A DNA stretch of 14,312 nucleotides, from assembly GCA_034723415.1 (NCBI GenBank), contig JAYEOX010000088.1, forward strand, positions 1 through 14,312. The letters are read 5' to 3'. The DNA comes from Fidelibacterota bacterium (GTDB lineage: Bacteria > Fidelibacterota > Fidelibacteria > Fidelibacterales > Fidelibacteraceae). Below the pieces are notes generated by a model. It saw nothing but the letters and a program-made list of their open reading frames with translations, was not told where the DNA came from and ran no database searches. The translations under genes and the position numbers were made by a program. Position 1 is the stretch's first letter; each line of letters begins with the position of its first letter. Shown piece after piece: positions 9,038 to 14,312 of the stretch.

Positions 9038-9076
9038 TTGTGTGCTTAGTGTCTTTTTAGTGTCCATAGTTGTTGG
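9036..9076 (-). repeat. Degenerate CACTAA-type direct-repeat stub downstream of the DUF58 gene
   Basis: Minus strand CCAACAACTATGGACACTAAAAAGACACTAAGCACACAAAC; GACACTAA occurs twice, 11 bp apart. Confidence 0.6.
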
Positions 9077-9092
9077 TATTTTTTTCCAAAAT

Positions 9093-9983
9093 TTAATAAA
9101 GTTTTTTTCGCTTGATCAAATATTTCATAAGTGCATATCGTAAATCAGTATCGGTCGTGATCAAATTATAATCAACATTATTTTCACCACAAAATCGTTT
9201 TAGTTTCTCAGAATATTCATTTGTTAGTTTCTTATATTCATCTTTCATCTGACGAACATCTAATTTTATTTTTTCATCACTTTCCAAATCAACAAATTCG
9301 ACTTTCTTATCTTTTTTCAATGTAAATTCCATTGGATCCCAAATATGAAAAATAATTAGTTCATGTCCCAAATATCTAAAATGTTTTATTCCATTTAATA
9401 TTGTATCAGGATCATCCCATAGGTCAGATATTAATATTATCAATCCCTTTTTACTCAATTTTTCAGCGATTTTGTGAAGTGTCAAACCAACATTCGTTTC
9501 ACCTTTACACTTTGTATTTTGTAACTCTTTCATCAACATTCTTGCATAAGATGATACTGCTTTCGGGGGAAATAGTTTTTCTATTTTTTCGTTAAAAATT
9601 GTTAAACCGGTTGCATCGTTTTGTTTTGTCAATAAATAAATTAAAGATGCTGCTAATAATGAAGAGTAGTTAAATTTATTATTTTCCCCCGAGGAAAAAC
9701 TCATTGATTTACTATTGTCTAATAAAATATATGAAATTAAATTTGTCTCTTCTTGAAATTGTTTAATATAATATCTATCTGTGCGACCATAGACCTGCCA
9801 ATCTATATGTTTTATATCATCACCTGCAATATATGGCCTATGTTCCGAAAATTCTACACTGAATCCATGATAGGGAGATTTATGAAGACCAATCATAAAA
9901 CCTTCTACTACTGTTTTTGCCTGTAGAAATAAACTTCTTAACTGAATAACATTTTCTATGGAGGAGTTATTTTTCTTTTTCAC
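9093..9983 (-). CDS. DUF58 domain protein (VWA-like, MoxR-associated family)
   Basis: GLHKSPYHGFSVEFSEHRPYIAGDDIKHIDW..YGRTDRYYIKQFQEETN, LLDNSKSM and LISDLWD motifs. GTG start overlaps the upstream gene end by 17 bp. Confidence 0.92.
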   Translation of the reverse strand: MKKKNNSSIENVIQLRSLFLQAKTVVEGFMIGLHKSPYHGFSVEFSEHRPYIAGDDIKHIDWQVYGRTDRYYIKQFQEETNLISYILLDNSKSMSFSSGENNKFNYSSLLAASLIYLLTKQNDATGLTIFNEKIEKLFPPKAVSSYARMLMKELQNTKCKGETNVGLTLHKIAEKLSKKGLIILISDLWDDPDTILNGIKHFRYLGHELIIFHIWDPMEFTLKKDKKVEFVDLESDEKIKLDVRQMKDEYKKLTNEYSEKLKRFCGENNVDYNLITTDTDLRYALMKYLIKRKKLY

Positions 9984-10203
9984 TATCTTTAGATCTATAA
10001 AGTATAGATAATGGTAAAATAATTATATAACCAATAGCAAGTAATATTGGACTAATAACCATTGATATCGTATCATAAGTATCACCGATTGCCAATAAAA
10101 TGTAACCGACTATTATTACTAGAATTCCTATTAGAAAGATATTCATATTCTGCTTTGTCATTCCCAGTGTTTGGAATATATTTTTTTTCTTTTTGATTTT
10201 CAT
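9967..10203 (-). CDS. Small two-TM membrane protein, DUF3098-like
   Basis: Basic N-terminus, two hydrophobic helices (NIFLIGILVIIVGYILLA; ISPILLAIGYIIILPLSIL); AAGG upstream. Confidence 0.75.
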   Translation of the reverse strand: MKIKKKKNIFQTLGMTKQNMNIFLIGILVIIVGYILLAIGDTYDTISMVISPILLAIGYIIILPLSILYRSKDSEKEK

Positions 10204-10295
10204 AATTTAACCTTTTTTTAATTTTTTGTAAGTTATAAAATATTTTTCCTCTTTACAAATTTTTTATAATATTTATAAATTAATGTTTTTTCAAA

Positions 10296-10994
10296 TTAAT
10301 TACTTATTTTGCATTCTTTAATAAATCTATTAAAAATAATTTTCCTCTGCTCTTCGTCATCCGATCTTTCCGGATGCCATTGCAATCCTAAAAGAAATCT
10401 TTCGTTTATTCCTTCAATTGCTTCTACTATTCCATCATCTGTCATTGCAGTGATTTTCAATTTTTTACTAATGAAATTTTGATCAATTGATTGATGATGC
10501 CCTGAATTTATTCTTAATTTGTTCTTTTTGAAAAGATCTTTTAGAATTCCGTCTTTTACAATATTTACAGAATGATACACATCTTTTCCCCTTCCATGTC
10601 CTTCAATATTTAAGATCATTTTCCCGCCATTTACAATATTGATCAATTGGCAACCACCGCAAATTCCCAACACAGGTAATTTTGTATTTAAAACCATATT
10701 TGCAATTTTAATATCATAATCAGCTCTTTGTTTTAACATCGGATCTTCATTTGAATCTGATTCCATTTCATAATATTTTGCAGGATAATCACCACCTCCC
10801 ATAAAAAGGAAACCATTACACTCATTGATTTGTTCCGATATAAATTTTTCATTATAATAAATTGGAAATAATCTCGGCACACCACCGGCTTCAACAATTG
10901 AATTTATATAATTCTCAGGAATTCGATACCATAATCGATCTCCTTTGATCGTACAATCCATATTAATTCCGATTATTGGTTTGCTGTTTTTCAT
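10296..10994 (-). CDS. Gamma-glutamyl-gamma-aminobutyrate hydrolase family protein (peptidase C26, PuuD-like)
   Basis: KPIIGI, GGGD, nucleophile elbow LGICGGCQ, NSGHHQ, DGIVEAIE and QWHPE (Cys-His-Glu triad). ATGA overlap with the upstream gene at 10991-10994. Confidence 0.9.
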   Translation of the reverse strand: MKNSKPIIGINMDCTIKGDRLWYRIPENYINSIVEAGGVPRLFPIYYNEKFISEQINECNGFLFMGGGDYPAKYYEMESDSNEDPMLKQRADYDIKIANMVLNTKLPVLGICGGCQLINIVNGGKMILNIEGHGRGKDVYHSVNIVKDGILKDLFKKNKLRINSGHHQSIDQNFISKKLKITAMTDDGIVEAIEGINERFLLGLQWHPERSDDEEQRKIIFNRFIKECKISN

Positions 10995-12145
10995 TTTAAC
11001 ATTTCATCTGTATCAAATTTACGATATAAAGATAATTCTTCCAAAATATCATCGTATGCTTCTGATTTATCTACAATGATTTCAGATAATATTTTTCCAA
11101 GTCCCGGACCCAACATATAGCCCTGTCCACACATTCCAATAGCCAAAAATAAATTTTTAACTTCTTTTGAATATCCAATTATAGGAAATCCATCCGGTGT
11201 CATAGGATATAGTCCTCTCCAAGTTCTACGCACTCGAATATTCCTTAACCGCGGATATAAATTTATCATTCTTTTAATTACTTGTGGTAAAAATACTGAA
11301 GTATTATCACAATCTTTTCCCGGTATATTTGGTTCAGGAGTAATACAAAATACGATTTGATCCTCTTTGTTTTGGTAAAAATAGTAATTTGCCGACCCTT
11401 TTTCAGGACGCATATCAACTATCATTGGATCAAAGAATCTTTCAACGGGTTCAGTGATTCCTGCTTCATGAGATTCTGGAAATACCGGTAAATCTAAGTT
11501 GAAAATTTTACCAACCTCTTTTGCGTCTCCTCCACTACAATTTATTACAAGATCGCTTTTGAATTTTCCATTTGTTGTCTTAATTGTATCAATTTTCCCT
11601 TTTGACAATTCTGCATCAATAACCTCTTCATTGAAATAAAAATCAACATTATTCTCTTTTGCTAACATGTAAAATGCATCTATTGTTTTTAAAGGTGATG
11701 CCGAACCGTCTTCAGGTGAATATGTTCCACCTCGTAAATTATTTTCATTGATTCCTGGGATCAATTCTTGCACTTTTTCTTTTGAAACCCAATCAATATT
11801 TAAACCAAAACTTTTCTGTATCTTTAATAATTTTTTTAAAGTTGTTTCATTTTTTTCATTATATACGGGAAACAAATATCCGCCTTCGATCCAATCAACA
11901 TCATATCCGTATTGATTTTCCATTTTTCTCATTATTTTCAGTGTTTCTAAACCAATTTTGATCTTTGCAGGATCGGAATGAGTTGCTCTAATACCTCCAA
12001 TCGCAGCTCTGTTTTGTCCACGACCTACAGATGAATTTTTTTCTATGACAGCAATCTTCATTCCTTTTTTTGCAAGGTAAAAGCTCAGAGGAACTCCAAC
12101 ACTACCGGCACCAATTATTAAAATATCGTAAATCTTTGTATTAAT
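10991..12145 (-). CDS. FAD-dependent oxidoreductase, DAO family (sarcosine oxidase beta / dye-linked proline dehydrogenase beta-like)
   Basis: YDILIIGAGSVG, GRGQNRAAIGGIR, WRGLYPMTPDGFPIIG and GMCGQGYMLGPGLG motifs. Start uncertain: ATT at 12145 (behind AAGGAGG) preferred over TTG at 12178. Confidence 0.88.
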   Translation of the reverse strand: MNTKIYDILIIGAGSVGVPLSFYLAKKGMKIAVIEKNSSVGRGQNRAAIGGIRATHSDPAKIKIGLETLKIMRKMENQYGYDVDWIEGGYLFPVYNEKNETTLKKLLKIQKSFGLNIDWVSKEKVQELIPGINENNLRGGTYSPEDGSASPLKTIDAFYMLAKENNVDFYFNEEVIDAELSKGKIDTIKTTNGKFKSDLVINCSGGDAKEVGKIFNLDLPVFPESHEAGITEPVERFFDPMIVDMRPEKGSANYYFYQNKEDQIVFCITPEPNIPGKDCDNTSVFLPQVIKRMINLYPRLRNIRVRRTWRGLYPMTPDGFPIIGYSKEVKNLFLAIGMCGQGYMLGPGLGKILSEIIVDKSEAYDDILEELSLYRKFDTDEMLK

Positions 12146-12173
12146 TTTATTTTCCTCCTTATTATTTATTGTC

Positions 12174-12300
12174 CTCAATTTTCAATTTCAACTCTTTCTT
12201 TGCGTCTTCCTGACTCTGCGGTAAAGCTCACTCAATTCATAATTTCCATTTCTCAATTAACCAATGTCTCAGTTAGTTCTTGTTAGTTTTTGTTCGTTGC
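12174..12300 (-). repeat. Composite of stacked short-repeat stubs between the two dehydrogenase subunit genes
   Basis: Minus strand: three 10-bp units with an AACKAAC core (12300-12271, containing the TAA stop), AACTGAGA..AATTGAGA, AATTATGAATT, TTTACCGCAGAGTCAGGAAGACGCAAAG (12225-12198), then GTTGAAATTGAAAATTGAG. Confidence 0.7.
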
Positions 12301-14312
12301 TAATGATTCCTCATTCACAATCGCTCCCATCGGAACTTCCATATTTAACGGTCTGTCTGTCCCCTGTTTTACATCATTCCAATCTACACCTGCCATTTTA
12401 AAAATTCGAGGTAATAATGGACTGCAAGTTTTTCCACCACAAGCCCCCATTCCCACACGAATATTTTTTAATTGATTTACATCTCTTACTCTGTGTTTTT
12501 TGATATAATCTGTTATCTCTTTTACAGTTACCATTTCGCATTGACAAACAATTGCATCTTCAGGAATATATTCGTAGTCAGCTTTCGGTAATGGCTTCGT
12601 AATACTTTCATCCTGTACTCTTATTCCTGCAATTTTATTTCCATTCTCTAAACTTGTTTTCACATTTATCAAATACATTTTCTTTTTCTTTAAATATCTT
12701 ATCTTCAGAATTTCTCCGGTTTCCAAAAATTTTCCATCCATATTTGTTAATGGTATTTTTTCACCAATAGAATAGTTCATAATAAATTCATAAGGCAGCA
12801 TAACTTCTGCATGCTTTTCATCTATCTTTTTTGCTAAAGTAATCGCTAAGCCGGGACAAGTTGTAACACATTTTGTACAGCCGGAACATCCGCCTTTAAA
12901 TTTTGGAATATCTAAAATATTTCCTATTTTTTTATCTAATTTTATTGAATCATTTGGACAAACTGAGACACAAGGATTGCAAGGGATTTCTTGATCACAA
13001 TAGATTATCGGTTGGTATTTGTCTGTTAATTTAGTTTCCTTTATTGGATGTATTTTTCCGGGAGGACTTTTTAAAATATCAGCTTTTTCAAAATAACTTT
13101 CATCGATTTTTATTTTATTACCCAATTTTTTTGCCATTTCTAAACCGGCAATTTTCCCACCAAACATTGCTGAAGATGCTTCAGCTATCTCTTTTGCATC
13201 ACCTGCTTTTACAACTTTAAAATTGAATTTTTTTGCCATATTATAAAATTCATCAACAGGATTTAAACCAACAGCGATCAGCAAGGTATCAACTTCAAAT
13301 GTTTTTGCTGTCTCTAAAACTGGCCTAAATTTATCATCAACTTTTGTAATTGTAACTTTTTCCAATTTTTTATTTCCATTCGCAGACAAAACCGTGTGAT
13401 TTAAATGGATTGGAACTCCCATTCTCTTAATTTTATCTGCATGAACTTTATAACCCGAAACATCGCTTAAAATATCACAAATTCCCGCAACTTTTATTCC
13501 CGCTTGCAAAGCGTGATATGCAGCGATCAATCCAACATTTCCACTACCAACGATAAATATTTTATCAGATGAATGGATCAAATCGCGATTTACAAGTGTC
13601 TGAAAAGCACCCGCTCCGTAAACTCCGGATAAATGATTTCCCGGAAAGACAAGTGATTTTTCCCTCGCTCCGGCTGAAACAACTATTCCATCAAAAGAAA
13701 TGATCAAATAATTTTTATTTTCTTGAAATACACCTACTTTTTGATCTTTAAAAATTCCTACAACTGAAGAGTTTGTGAGTATCTTTATATTATCATATTC
13801 TCTAATTTCATTTTCCAATTTCTTTGCAATATCAATTCCTCTTGTTCCTGCATAGCAATCTTTTATTGAGCCGAAAAATTTGTGTGTTTGCAAGACAAGT
13901 TTTCCGCCAAGCTGTTCCTTATCGTCAATTAAAATTACAGAATAATTTAACTTTGCCAATTCGATAGCAGCATTTAAACCGGAAGGTCCGCCTCCAACTA
14001 CAAGAACTTCACATTTTAATTCTTTCTTTTTATGCTTACCTAATTTCTCATCATCTGCAGGTAATTTAGGAAGTTTCTTAAGAGTTTCTATTCTCATATT
14101 TTCTTTTAATGGAGTAATACATGATTTCTGAGCAACACCATCTATTATTAAAGTACATTTTGAGCATTGACCGTTTGCACAAAATATTCCCTGCGGCATA
14201 TCATTTTTTTGATGAATGGAAAATTCCTTGATCCCATTTGCTATCAACGCAGAAGAAACCATTTCATTTTCGTAACCAAATAATTCCTTATCATCAAAAT
14301 AAAATTTTACTT
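12283..14312 (-). CDS. Fused Fe-S flavoprotein (2Fe-2S + FAD/NAD(P) oxidoreductase + 4Fe-4S dicluster + BFD-like 2Fe-2S), sarcosine oxidase alpha / proline dehydrogenase alpha-like; 5' truncated
   Basis: Frame is open to the window edge (VKFYFDDKELFGYENEMVSSALIANG). Motifs: GIFCANGQCSKC, VGGGPSG, VGSGNVG, CDQEIPCNPCVSVCP, CSGCTKCVTTCPG, VCQCE...RVGMGACGGKTC. Confidence 0.9.
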   Translation of the reverse strand, partial: VKFYFDDKELFGYENEMVSSALIANGIKEFSIHQKNDMPQGIFCANGQCSKCTLIIDGVAQKSCITPLKENMRIETLKKLPKLPADDEKLGKHKKKELKCEVLVVGGGPSGLNAAIELAKLNYSVILIDDKEQLGGKLVLQTHKFFGSIKDCYAGTRGIDIAKKLENEIREYDNIKILTNSSVVGIFKDQKVGVFQENKNYLIISFDGIVVSAGAREKSLVFPGNHLSGVYGAGAFQTLVNRDLIHSSDKIFIVGSGNVGLIAAYHALQAGIKVAGICDILSDVSGYKVHADKIKRMGVPIHLNHTVLSANGNKKLEKVTITKVDDKFRPVLETAKTFEVDTLLIAVGLNPVDEFYNMAKKFNFKVVKAGDAKEIAEASSAMFGGKIAGLEMAKKLGNKIKIDESYFEKADILKSPPGKIHPIKETKLTDKYQPIIYCDQEIPCNPCVSVCPNDSIKLDKKIGNILDIPKFKGGCSGCTKCVTTCPGLAITLAKKIDEKHAEVMLPYEFIMNYSIGEKIPLTNMDGKFLETGEILKIRYLKKKKMYLINVKTSLENGNKIAGIRVQDESITKPLPKADYEYIPEDAIVCQCEMVTVKEITDYIKKHRVRDVNQLKNIRVGMGACGGKTCSPLLPRIFKMAGVDWNDVKQGTDRPLNMEVPMGAIVNEESLATNKN

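Noticed and set aside
8917..9092. tRNA-anchored genomic island or prophage at tRNA-Gly (or tRNA-Ala)
   Set aside because: No integrase and no duplicated tRNA 3' end seen; flanking genes are housekeeping or metabolic.

Overview
Very AT-rich bacterial chromosomal window, probably from a diderm FCB-superphylum lineage (inferred from the TonB-dependent receptor with an N-terminal CarboxypepD_reg-like domain and the DUF3098-like gene; not determinable exactly). In order it holds two tandem paralogous LysM genes (the first truncated), tRNA-Ala(GGC), a TPP-riboswitch-controlled TonB-dependent receptor (likely thiamine uptake), gap, recX, recA, a 71-aa acidic orphan, a class I/II aminotransferase, tRNA-Gly(CCC), a DUF58 gene and a DUF3098-like gene. 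It ends with an operon of a fused Fe-S/flavin amine-dehydrogenase large subunit (truncated), a DAO-family flavoprotein and a PuuD-like C26 hydrolase. The most unusual signal is non-coding. Four intergenic spacers carry short direct-repeat stubs (periods 7-11 bp). In two of them several stubs are stacked and contain the upstream gene's stop codon, and REP-like hairpins flank tRNA-Gly. These look like scars or landing sites of a small-cassette mobile system. Also notable are a TPP aptamer that embeds the SD and AUG, and a probable ATT start codon.
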